Positions 56,398 to 64,000 of a DNA stretch of 64,000 nt are shown one piece after another; position 1 is the stretch's first letter; the number at the start of each line of letters is the position of its first letter. A model generated the notes under the pieces. It made no database searches, had not been told where the DNA came from, and saw only the letters and a list, made by a program, of their open reading frames with translations. The DNA comes from an uncultured Pseudomonadota bacterium (GTDB lineage: Bacteria > UBA10199 > JACPAL01 > GCA-016699445), in contig CAZKQW010000004.1 in the NCBI GenBank assembly GCA_964555055.1, positions 145,674-209,673 on the forward strand, read 5' to 3'. The translations under genes were made by a program, and so were the position numbers.

Positions 56398-57024
56398 ATG
56401 GCTAGATATTTAGATTCCGCATGCCGTTTGTGCCGACGAGAGGGTTTGAAGCTGTTTCTGAAGGGACAGCGTTGTTATACGGAAAAATGTGCTATTGAAA
56501 GAAGGGCGTATGCTCCTGGCCAGCATGGTCAAAACCGGACGAAGCAATCAGGGTATGGTGTTGGTCTCCGGGAAAAGCAAAAGGTCAAGCGCTTGTACGG
56601 CTTGCTGGAAAAGCAGTTCCGTATTAATTTCCAAAAAGCCTCTGGTAAAAAGGGGATTACGGGAGAAGTGGTGCTTCAGCAATTAGAGCAGCGCTTGGAT
56701 AATATGGTTTATCGGATGGGGTTCTGCTCTTCTCGTGCGGAAGCTAGGCAGTTTGTGCTGCATGGTCACTTTTTAGTGAATAATAAAAAAGTTACCATAC
56801 CCTCCTATCAGGTGAAAGCTGGTGACGAAATTGTTGTCCGCGAAAAGAGCCGCCAAAACGCTCGTATTCTTCAGAATTTGGAGGAAGTCGAGCGTCGAGG
56901 TCTTCCGACATGGCTTGAGCTGAACAAGGCTAGTTTCTTGGCTCGCGTTAAGACGTTGCCGGCCCGGGAAGAGTTGACTTTGCCGATGCAGGAGCAGTTG
57001 ATCGTCGAATTTTACTCCAAATAA
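56398..57024 (+). CDS. rpsD: 30S ribosomal protein S4
   Basis: '[31 protein letters not shown]'. Confidence 0.95.
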   Translation: MARYLDSACRLCRREGLKLFLKGQRCYTEKCAIERRAYAPGQHGQNRTKQSGYGVGLREKQKVKRLYGLLEKQFRINFQKASGKKGITGEVVLQQLEQRLDNMVYRMGFCSSRAEARQFVLHGHFLVNNKKVTIPSYQVKAGDEIVVREKSRQNARILQNLEEVERRGLPTWLELNKASFLARVKTLPAREELTLPMQEQLIVEFYSK

Positions 57025-57052
57025 ACTTGTATGTCTTAAAATAGGAGATCTT

Positions 57053-58057
57053 ATGTATCGTAATTGGCGCAATTTAATTAAGCCAAAATATCTTGAATTT
57101 GAGAAAGATAGTGCGACCCATTTATATGGTAAGTTTGTCGCCCGCCCTCTCGAGAGAGGGTTTGGTCAGACTTTAGGTAACGCGCTTAGGCGTATTTTGC
57201 TCTCCTCACTGCAGGGAGCGGCCATCACGAATGTGAAGATCGAAGGTGTCCTTCATGAATTCGGCACCATCGCCGGCGTTGTTGAGGATGTGAGTGATAT
57301 TATCCTGAACCTTAAGCAAGTGCGCTTGAAGCTGCACACAGGGGAGCAGGAGACAATTCGGTTGAATATTAAGGGAGATAAGGAGGTCACTGCGGCTGAT
57401 ATCATCACCGGAGAAAATGTTACAATTTTGAATCCGGAGCAGCACATCGCCACCTTAAATGCCGATGGTCACCTAAATATGGAAATCCAGATTAAGCTGG
57501 ATAAGGGGTATAAGCCGTCTGAAAGAAATAAGACAGAGAAAGACCCGATTGGTATGTTGGCGATCGACTCCATTCATTCCCCTGTAACAAAAGTGAATTA
57601 CACGGTGACCAATGCTCGTGTCGGGCAGATGACTGATTATGATAAGTTAACCCTGGAAGTTTGGACCGACGGTTCTGTGGAGCCATCGGATGCGGTTGCT
57701 TTCGCGGCTAAGATATTGAAGGAACAACTTCAAATCTTCATCAACTTTGAAGAAATTCCCGAGCCGGTCATGGAAGAGATTTCTCTCGATAAGCCTTCCT
57801 TTAACGAAAATCTCAATAGGAAAGTTGAGGAACTGGAGTTGTCCGTTCGTTCCGCGAATTGCTTACAAAACGCTAATATTCGTTATATCGGTGAACTTTG
57901 CATTAAAACGGAAGCCGAAATGTTGAGGACTAAGAACTTTGGCCGCAAGTCTTTGAATGAGATCAAGGAAATCTTGGCGGAAATGGGCTTAGGCCTGGGG
58001 ATGAAGCTAGAAGGTTGGACGATTCCGACCGATGAAAAACCTTTAGAAACAGAATAG
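57053..58057 (+). CDS. rpoA: DNA-directed RNA polymerase subunit alpha
   Basis: 334 aa, N-terminal domain and C-terminal domain '[20 protein letters not shown]'. Confidence 0.95.
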   Translation: MYRNWRNLIKPKYLEFEKDSATHLYGKFVARPLERGFGQTLGNALRRILLSSLQGAAITNVKIEGVLHEFGTIAGVVEDVSDIILNLKQVRLKLHTGEQETIRLNIKGDKEVTAADIITGENVTILNPEQHIATLNADGHLNMEIQIKLDKGYKPSERNKTEKDPIGMLAIDSIHSPVTKVNYTVTNARVGQMTDYDKLTLEVWTDGSVEPSDAVAFAAKILKEQLQIFINFEEIPEPVMEEISLDKPSFNENLNRKVEELELSVRSANCLQNANIRYIGELCIKTEAEMLRTKNFGRKSLNEIKEILAEMGLGLGMKLEGWTIPTDEKPLETE

Positions 58058-58083
58058 CTCCTAAAGAAAGTGGAATGTGATTT

Positions 58084-58713
58084 ATGAGACATCAGATCGA
58101 TCATAGAAAATTAGGGCGTAGCGCGGGGCATCGTAGGGCCCTTTTGCGTAATATGGTGACTTCCTTGATCATGCACGAAAGAGTCGAGACGACTTTGCCT
58201 AAGGCGAAAGAACTTCGTCGTACTGCGGAGAGAATGGTGACTTTGGCTAAAGAAGGGAGTTTGCATGCCCGTCGCCAAGCTGCTGCTTTCGTAATGTCGG
58301 ATGAGTCTTTGCGTAAGCTATTTTCCACTTTGGCGGATCGCTTTAAAGATCGTTCGGGTGGTTACACGAGAATTTTTAGATTTCCACATCGTCGTGGGGA
58401 CTCTGCGGAGATGGCCACAATTGAATACTTAGGCTTTGTGCCTCCTCCTCCTAAGGTAAAAGCCCATGAACACGACCATGATCATGAGGCTGATGAGGAG
58501 TCCAAGAAAAAAGAAAAAGCTGCCAAAAAAGAAGCCAAAGCCGTGAAGAAGGAAGCTAAGGAAAAAAAGGCGAAAGAAAGGCCGGTGAAGGAAAAGGTCG
58601 AAAAGAAAGCCGCCCCTAAATCTGCGAAAAAAGCGGAGTCTGGCGAATCCAAGGCCGAAAAGAAGACCGGCATTAAGGGTATTTTCTCCAGAAAGAAAAA
58701 GACGGAAAAATAG
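58084..58713 (+). CDS. rplQ: 50S ribosomal protein L17 with about 85-aa Lys/Ala/Glu-rich C-terminal extension
   Basis: N-terminal 120 aa is canonical L17. The tail is '[46 protein letters not shown]...'. Confidence 0.9.
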   Translation: MRHQIDHRKLGRSAGHRRALLRNMVTSLIMHERVETTLPKAKELRRTAERMVTLAKEGSLHARRQAAAFVMSDESLRKLFSTLADRFKDRSGGYTRIFRFPHRRGDSAEMATIEYLGFVPPPPKVKAHEHDHDHEADEESKKKEKAAKKEAKAVKKEAKEKKAKERPVKEKVEKKAAPKSAKKAESGESKAEKKTGIKGIFSRKKKTEK

Positions 58714-58743
58714 TTTTGGTTTTTCGATCAAAACCATTAGAAC

Positions 58744-58778
58744 CCCCGTGTTCCTAACAAGAGCGCGGGGTTTTTTTT
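58744..58778 (+). terminator. Rho-independent terminator after rplQ (CCCCGTG-loop-CGCGGGG + T8)
   Basis: 7-bp stem with one G-U, followed by TTTTTTTT ending at the next gene's ATG. An extra TGGTTTT/AAAACCA hairpin lies at 58716-58738. Confidence 0.55.
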
Positions 58779-59291
58779 ATGAAATTCAAGATTCTTCTCT
58801 TCATCGTGCTCATCGCCATCGTCGCTTACGGTATTGCGATTCATGACCGACACGAGCCGGTCGTCGACGTGGGTAGCACGGCCCCCGCCATTAACTTGCC
58901 TTCAAAACAGGGGTTTGTCTCCTTGGAAAGCTATCGGGGGAAGAAAGTGGTTCTAGTGAATTTTTGGGCCACGTGGTGTCCTTCTTGCCTCCGTGAGATG
59001 CCTTCCTTGGAGGCCTTAAAGAAAAGCTTAGAAAATGCCCCGTTTGAAGTGTTAGCGGTCAGCGTCGACGAGCAAGGATGGCCAGTCATCGACGAGTTCT
59101 TGAAAAGAATGCCCATGACCGTTCCTATTTTGTTGGACGTGCAAGGAATGGTCTCGGCCCAGTATGGGACCTATCAATTGCCGGAATCGTATTTGATCGA
59201 TAGAGAGGGAACGGTTGTCAAAAAATACATAGGGGCCATGAATTGGATGGACCCTGAAATCCTAGGAGGAATCCAAAATGCCATTCAATAA
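58779..59291 (+). CDS. TlpA-like thiol:disulfide oxidoreductase (thioredoxin fold, membrane-anchored)
   Basis: N-terminal TM and 'NFWATWCPSCLREMP' CxxC motif. Confidence 0.8.
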   Translation: MKFKILLFIVLIAIVAYGIAIHDRHEPVVDVGSTAPAINLPSKQGFVSLESYRGKKVVLVNFWATWCPSCLREMPSLEALKKSLENAPFEVLAVSVDEQGWPVIDEFLKRMPMTVPILLDVQGMVSAQYGTYQLPESYLIDREGTVVKKYIGAMNWMDPEILGGIQNAIQ

Positions 59292-60093
59292 GACAAAAGC
59301 CTTGTACCTACTGTTGTTCTGTAGCCTTCTAGTGTCCTGCTCTAAGGATCCCATCACCGGAAAAACGACGTATAATTGGTTTGGTATCGAAAAAGACCCT
59401 CAGTTTGGGGAAGAAGTGTTGACCGGACAGTTGACTGAACTCCGTAAGAAGGGCGCTAAGATCGACGAAGACGCCGATCCAGCGATGACTCGCAGGATCC
59501 GCCAGATCACGCGTAAGATCGCCGCCGTCTCGCATTACCCGAATTTCCCTTATGAAGCGCATTACGCGCAAATGGATATCGTGAACGCCTGGTGCGCTCC
59601 CGGGGGTAAGGTCATGGTCTACAGTGGCTTATTCGATCCCCAAAAAGGTCTGGTGAAGAAATCGAGCGAGGACGAATTGGCGGCCGTTCTTGGTCACGAG
59701 ATCGCCCATGCGACCGCCCGTCACGTTACGAAAGCCATGAGCCGTAATATGACCGTGATGGCGGTGGGGCAGGTTGCGGTATCGGCGATCGGGGCTTCTG
59801 GAGGCGGTGTGGCCCAAAACGCCTTCAATCAAGCGATCGTCCAAGGCATCAACCTTTATATCCCGGCTTATAGCCGCGGGAACGAGGCAGAGGCAGATCG
59901 TATAGGTATTATGTACGCCGCAAAAGCCGGCTATAACCCTCAGGCTGCCGTCGATCTATGGTACCGGGCTTGTCAAAAGAAGGGAAATAGTACGGACCTT
60001 TACGCCTCTCACCCCTCGAGCTGTGACCGCGCCAAGTCTCTAGAGGCTCTGTTGCCGGAAGCCATGGCCGAGTATCAGAAAAACCACCGCTAA
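59278..60093 (+). CDS. M48-family zinc metalloprotease, lipoprotein (BepA/YcaL-like)
   Basis: Lipobox 'LLVSCSKD', 'LGHEIAHATARH' HExxH, downstream 'EAEADRIG'. Confidence 0.78.
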   Translation: MPFNKTKALYLLLFCSLLVSCSKDPITGKTTYNWFGIEKDPQFGEEVLTGQLTELRKKGAKIDEDADPAMTRRIRQITRKIAAVSHYPNFPYEAHYAQMDIVNAWCAPGGKVMVYSGLFDPQKGLVKKSSEDELAAVLGHEIAHATARHVTKAMSRNMTVMAVGQVAVSAIGASGGGVAQNAFNQAIVQGINLYIPAYSRGNEAEADRIGIMYAAKAGYNPQAAVDLWYRACQKKGNSTDLYASHPSSCDRAKSLEALLPEAMAEYQKNHR

Positions 60094-60133
60094 GAGGTAG
60101 TGGTAGCTGCTATTAAAAGTTTGACTCTTTTTT

Positions 60134-60152
60134 GAAAACGATTATCAAAATC
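60134..60152 (+). promoter_or_regulatory. putative Fur box (GAAAACGATTATCAAAATC, 14/19 match to GATAATGATAATCATTATC) overlapping the fur promoter
   Basis: TTGACT at 60121-60126 upstream. The box sits 5 nt from the fur ATG. Confidence 0.35.
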
Positions 60153-60156
60153 GCTT

Positions 60157-60645
60157 ATGACCCGCGAGCTTTCCGCACGATCTGCTTCCTCTGTTCCCGC
60201 TATCAAAGATAAGTGGGATATTTTTGAAAAGTATATCTCTCAAAAAGGCCTGAAGTCGACTCGTCAGCGGGATGTGATCGTCGAAGAATTCTTCCGCGAG
60301 CATGAGCATCTGACTGTAGAAGAGCTGTGGCACCGCGTCCGTAAGGTCGACCAGAAGATCGGCTATGCCACCGTATACCGGACCTTAAAGCTCCTGAGCG
60401 AATCCGGATTGGCTTTGAAGAGGCAGTTCGGCGAAGCCCAGGCCCGATTCGAGCACATCACCGACCATCACCATGATCATCTCATCTGCATGACTTGCCA
60501 TCAAATCATCGAATTTGAGAACGACCAAATCGAGGTTCTTCAAGAACGCGTCTGCCGGAAGCATAAGTTCCAGCTTGTCCACCATAAAATGGAGCTCTAC
60601 GGTTATTGTGAAAAATGTCACAAGAAGGGTGGGAAGAATGGATGA
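60157..60645 (+). CDS. fur: ferric uptake regulator family transcriptional repressor
   Basis: 'GYATVYRTLKLLSESGL', 'HHHDHLICMTCHQIIEF', C-terminal CxxC. Confidence 0.88.
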   Translation: MTRELSARSASSVPAIKDKWDIFEKYISQKGLKSTRQRDVIVEEFFREHEHLTVEELWHRVRKVDQKIGYATVYRTLKLLSESGLALKRQFGEAQARFEHITDHHHDHLICMTCHQIIEFENDQIEVLQERVCRKHKFQLVHHKMELYGYCEKCHKKGGKNG

Positions 60646-62596
60646 TAAGGAAACCTCGGTTCTTTCCGAAAAATCCACGACCGTCGCCTTGGTCGGAAAT
60701 CCCAACGTCGGTAAGAGTGTTATCTTCGGTTTCTTGACGGGTCGTTACGTCACGGTTTCGAATTATCCGGGAACGACTGTCGAAGTCACACGTGGGACCG
60801 CCGAGGTAGAAGGCAAAAAGGTCGCCCTTATCGACACTCCGGGAGTTAATTCTCTGGTTCCCATGTCTGAGGATGAGCAGGTAACCCGTAACATCCTTCT
60901 CAACGAGAAGATCGACGCCATCGTGCAGGTGGCGGATGCCAAGAATCTCCGGCGCGCCCTGTTGATTTCCCTGCAACTCATCGAAATGGGATTGCCCTTC
61001 CTCCTCACCCTCAACATGGAGGACGAGACGGCGAGCTTAGGCATGGAGATTGACAAAGCTACACTGGCAGAAAAGCTTGAAGTGCCTGTGATCGGAGCGA
61101 TCGCCATCCAGAAAAAAGGACTGAAGGAAATCCGCAAAAAAATCTTCGCTTCGCAGGTTTCCTCAAGGCGTATGTCTTATTCTTTTGTCATTGAAGAAGC
61201 AGTTGGGAAGATAGAGACTTTTTTACCGGTATCCGCGATTTCCAAAAGATCTTTGGCTTTGATGATCCTCTCGGGGGATAAAAGCCTCTTCGAATGGCTG
61301 CATGCGAAGCTCGATGACGCGACCATACGCGAGATCGACCGGATCCGCGGGGATCTCGGGGGGAAATTCCACGAGCCCCTTGCCTACGTGATCAATAAGC
61401 AGCGTATGAAGTGGGTGGAGGGGATTTTGAGCGGAGTCGTCGTGAAGGAGGCAGGGAACAGCTCGGGTATTCTCCCTTGGATCGGCCGCATCTCGATGCA
61501 TCCGGTCTGGGGTCTTTTCTTCATGGCCTTCGTCCTGGTGGTCGTTTACTATTTCGTCGGGCATTTTGGGGCTCAAACCGCTGTTGAATGGCTCGAGGAC
61601 GGCGTCTTCAACGCCTACATCAACCCGTGGGCGAAGGGCTTCTTCGCGAAGGTCTTTTATTTTTCGCCGTTTTTACAGGACATCATTGTCGGTCCCTACG
61701 GCGTCCTCACGATGGCTTTGACGTATTCGCTCGCGATCATCTTTCCGATCGTGATCACGTTCTTCATCGCCTTCAGCATCATGGAGGATTCGGGCTACTT
61801 GCCGCGGCTGGCCATCATGTTGAACCGTATCTTTCGGATGATGGGATTGAACGGAAAAGCGGTCGTGCCGATGGTGTTGGGTTTGGGCTGCGACACGATG
61901 GCCACGATGACCGCTCGGATCATGGATACGAAGAAGGAGCGGATCATCCTCACGCTCCTCTTGGCCCTAGGAGTTCCTTGTTCGGCCCAACTGGGTATCG
62001 TCTTGGGCATGCTGGGAGCCTTGCCTCTCTGGGCGACTTTTTTGTGGTTGGGAGTCGTGGGTGGTTCTTTGATCGTGGTCGGTTTTCTCGCTGCTCAGAT
62101 CATGCCGGGACAACGCTCCGATTTCATGATGGAGATTCCTCCCATACGGAAGCCTACGGGCCTCAATATCCTAACAAAAACGCTGGCGCGCTTGGAATGG
62201 TATCTGATTGAAGTCGTCCCTCTTTTCGTCGTGGGAACCCTCGTTCTGTTCTTTTTGGATCGGTTTCAAGTTTTGCCGCTTGTGGAAAAAGTAGCGTCTC
62301 CATTGGTTGTGAACTTCCTCCATCTGCCCTTGGAGGCGACCGAAGCGTTCCTGATCGGTTTTCTGCGGCGCGATTACGGCGCGACGCATTTCTTCGATTT
62401 ATTCCGGGAAGGGAAGCTGGATGCGATTCAAGCCATCGTTTCCCTGATCGTGATGACGCTCTTCGTTCCTTGCTTGGCCAACGCCTTGATGATCCTAAAG
62501 GAAAGGGGACTTAAGACGATGGCGGCCATCGTTGGCTTCATCTATCCTTTCGCTTTCCTCGTGGGCGGCATCATCAATTGGGGACTCCGTCTATGA
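60638..62596 (+). CDS. feoB: ferrous iron transporter FeoB (GTPase + permease)
   Basis: 'VALVGNPNVGKSVIFGFLTG', 'DTPG'. Start ATG 60638 overlaps the fur end by 8 nt. The ORF-track start 60515 is rejected. Confidence 0.92.
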   Translation: MDDKETSVLSEKSTTVALVGNPNVGKSVIFGFLTGRYVTVSNYPGTTVEVTRGTAEVEGKKVALIDTPGVNSLVPMSEDEQVTRNILLNEKIDAIVQVADAKNLRRALLISLQLIEMGLPFLLTLNMEDETASLGMEIDKATLAEKLEVPVIGAIAIQKKGLKEIRKKIFASQVSSRRMSYSFVIEEAVGKIETFLPVSAISKRSLALMILSGDKSLFEWLHAKLDDATIREIDRIRGDLGGKFHEPLAYVINKQRMKWVEGILSGVVVKEAGNSSGILPWIGRISMHPVWGLFFMAFVLVVVYYFVGHFGAQTAVEWLEDGVFNAYINPWAKGFFAKVFYFSPFLQDIIVGPYGVLTMALTYSLAIIFPIVITFFIAFSIMEDSGYLPRLAIMLNRIFRMMGLNGKAVVPMVLGLGCDTMATMTARIMDTKKERIILTLLLALGVPCSAQLGIVLGMLGALPLWATFLWLGVVGGSLIVVGFLAAQIMPGQRSDFMMEIPPIRKPTGLNILTKTLARLEWYLIEVVPLFVVGTLVLFFLDRFQVLPLVEKVASPLVVNFLHLPLEATEAFLIGFLRRDYGATHFFDLFREGKLDAIQAIVSLIVMTLFVPCLANALMILKERGLKTMAAIVGFIYPFAFLVGGIINWGLRL

Positions 62597-62790
62597 TCAC
62601 CTGCCCTTTATGCCAGTTTCCGGTGGATGACCGAGAGGCCTGCCACGGCTGCGGATTGACCACCCATTGCACGATGGTGAAATGCCCCAATTGCCAGTAT
62701 GAGTTCGTCCAACATTCGAGGATTGTAGGTTTTTTGAAGCGCTTAAAAGGGAAATGGTTTAAGAACTTTAAGAAAGGAATCGCCCGGTAA
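62593..62790 (+). CDS. small Cys-rich zinc-ribbon-like protein (7 Cys; CPLC..CHGC..HC..CPNC) with basic amphipathic C-terminus, translationally coupled to feoB
   Basis: ATG at 62593 overlaps the feoB stop by 4 nt. 65 aa: MITCPLCQFPVDDREACHGCGLTTHCTMVKCPNCQYEF... Confidence 0.5.
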   Translation: MITCPLCQFPVDDREACHGCGLTTHCTMVKCPNCQYEFVQHSRIVGFLKRLKGKWFKNFKKGIAR

Positions 62791-62792
62791 AT

Positions 62793-63485
62793 ATGAAGGA
62801 GAATAAGAAGGGAAATTGCGGCCACGGATCCGTTCGTCCCCACGAGATGGACGAGCTTCTCGAGCATATCTGGACGCTCCGGGAAAAAGGAAAGGGAAGC
62901 CGGAAATCCCTCCTGCAGGAAGTGGGCTTCCAGGATCCGGATAAATGGCTGAAGGCTTTGGAGGCCGAAGGCTTGATCCGTATCCAGGATGAGGACATCC
63001 ATTACACGAAGAGCGGGGAAGAGGAAGCCCAAGACATCATCCGCCGCCACCGTCTGACCGAGCGCCTCTTCGCGGACGTCTTCAATACGAGTGAGGAAAC
63101 TTGGGAACGCCAAGCCTGCGAGTTGGAGCATAAAAGCGTGCTTAACGACGAGGCGACGGATGCGGTGTGCGCCTTTTTGGGCCACCCGCCCACGTGCCCG
63201 CACGGGCGCGCGATTCCCCGCGGGACTTGCTGCGATGAGTTCAGCCATGAGCTGAAGCCTTTTGTCACGCCTTTGTCAGAGGCGAAGATTTCCGAGAGCT
63301 ACCGTATCGTCTTCATTACGCCGAAACACCATATGCGCTTGGACCGCTTGGCCGTTTTAGGGGTCTTGCCGGGAAGCACGATCCACATCCACCAAAAGAA
63401 GCCGTCGTACGTCGTCCGGGTAGGCGAGACCGACATCGCCCTCGATCCGGAAATCGTGCGCGACATCTACGTGAAAAAAGCATGA
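62793..63485 (+). CDS. DtxR/MntR-family metal-dependent transcriptional repressor with C-terminal FeoA/SH3-like domain
   Basis: HTH 'SLLQEVGF...KWLKALEAEGLIRI', 'RRHRLTERLF', metal site 'CELEHK...CAFLGHPPTCPHGRAIP'. C-terminal 'RIVFI...LAVLGVLPGSTIHIHQKKPSYVVRVGETDIALDPEIVRDIYV'. Confidence 0.78.
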   Translation: MKENKKGNCGHGSVRPHEMDELLEHIWTLREKGKGSRKSLLQEVGFQDPDKWLKALEAEGLIRIQDEDIHYTKSGEEEAQDIIRRHRLTERLFADVFNTSEETWERQACELEHKSVLNDEATDAVCAFLGHPPTCPHGRAIPRGTCCDEFSHELKPFVTPLSEAKISESYRIVFITPKHHMRLDRLAVLGVLPGSTIHIHQKKPSYVVRVGETDIALDPEIVRDIYVKKA

Positions 63486-63505
63486 GGATGGGATAAAAAG
63501 ACTCT

Positions 63506-64000
63506 ATGAGGAAAATTCACGCCGTATTTCTTTTGTCCCTTTGCCTTTCGCCTCAGCTCTTGAGCGCCCAGACGATTAACGTGAAACCTGCCGAGGCCTT
63601 GAAGGCGATCTTCCGGTCGTCGCGTGAAATCGTCTCCGAAAAGCATACGGTTGCGGAGGTCGATAAGGTATTACTGGAAAAGAAAGTCGGCCAACTCCCG
63701 AAGGACGTCTGGACGTTTTACGTGGCCAAGACGGGGAACCGGGTGGATGGCTACGCCGTCATCGACCACGAGTTGGGGAAGATGGAACCGATCACCTTCC
63801 TCACTGCGTTCCATCCGGATGGTAGCGTGAAGGAAGTCGAGATCTTGGTTTACCGAGAGCCCTACGGAAGCGAAGTGCACGAGGAGAAGTTCGTGGGCCA
63901 ATATAAGGGCAAGAAGAGCGGCGATCTCCTCCGCGTGGGCCAGGATATTCAGAATATGACCGGCGCGACGATCTCGTCACGTTCGGTCACGACTGGCGTG
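63506..64000 (+). CDS. FMN-binding domain protein (N-terminal part; continues past window end)
   Basis: Signal peptide MRKIHAVFLLSLCLSPQLLSA and the 'MTGATISSRSVT' FMN_bind motif. Open frame to the window edge. Confidence 0.55.
   Translation, partial: MRKIHAVFLLSLCLSPQLLSAQTINVKPAEALKAIFRSSREIVSEKHTVAEVDKVLLEKKVGQLPKDVWTFYVAKTGNRVDGYAVIDHELGKMEPITFLTAFHPDGSVKEVEILVYREPYGSEVHEEKFVGQYKGKKSGDLLRVGQDIQNMTGATISSRSVTTGV

Noticed and set aside
58429-58737. Minus-strand Phe/Leu-rich ORFs overlapping the rplQ tail
   Set aside because: They are antisense of the AAG/GCC-rich lysine/alanine tail coding sequence (giving CTT/GGC).
60515-60637. ORF-track start for feoB at 60515
   Set aside because: That start lies deep inside the fur CDS. 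The conserved FeoB N-terminus (G-domain) begins at ATG 60638.
62578-62592. GTG/ATG start at 62578 for the small Cys-rich ORF
   Set aside because: ATG at 62593 (MITCPLC) overlaps the feoB stop in the typical ATGA coupling arrangement. The alternative upstream start is not excluded.

Overview
This 64-kb window is bacterial chromosome. Domain content suggests a Myxococcota/Bdellovibrionota-like deltaproteobacterial lineage. Four parts stand out.

1. Housekeeping genes (1–8 kb): a partial S41 tail-specific protease on the minus strand, a secreted hypothetical overlapping a metzincin protease, ftsK, lolA, comF, suhB and a TPR protein.

2. Accessory block (8.4–18.3 kb): three tandem giant secreted proteins with different N-terminal architectures. 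Gene 1 carries FG-GAP/integrin-like beta-propeller repeats. Gene 2 has a CSLREA N-terminal motif, a parallel beta-helix and Ig-like domains. Gene 3 has about 13 'GVW[RK]G...W..NG' propeller-like repeats plus a Myxococcus-type cysteine-rich repeat. All three end in a Gly/Ser-rich low-complexity linker and a conserved terminal motif 'GGGDVNPG.G.GA..SSGGCSC[HR]V' followed by 6–8 residues, with no transmembrane segment. This looks like an undescribed C-terminal tag. The gene 2 and gene 3 tails are partly identical at the DNA level. Gene 1 is low in GC and preceded by a 400-bp AT-rich region containing palindromes.

3. Scattered genes (18.4–26 kb): a minus-strand two-gene module (minimal nucleotidyltransferase plus a putative HEPN partner, driven by a leaderless consensus promoter), an alpha/beta hydrolase, trpC, an OMP-like hypothetical, an INS-less proS, pyrF, a low-GC orphan ORF and rlmB.

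4. Translation supercluster (26–58.7 kb): the order matches the E. coli thrU/tufB region, then the beta, str, S10, spc and alpha operons. It runs tRNA-Thr(TGT), tRNA-Tyr, tRNA-Gly, tRNA-Thr(GGT), tuf, rpmG, tRNA-Trp, secE, nusG, rplKAJL, rpoBC, rpsL, rpsG, fusA, a second tuf that is an exact 1.19-kb duplicate, then rpsJ through rplQ. There is no rpmD. rplQ carries a long K/A-rich tail.

The window ends with a TlpA-like oxidoreductase, an M48 lipoprotein protease, a fur-feoB operon with a putative Fur box, a small Cys-rich ORF, a DtxR-family repressor with a FeoA/SH3 domain and a partial FMN-binding protein.
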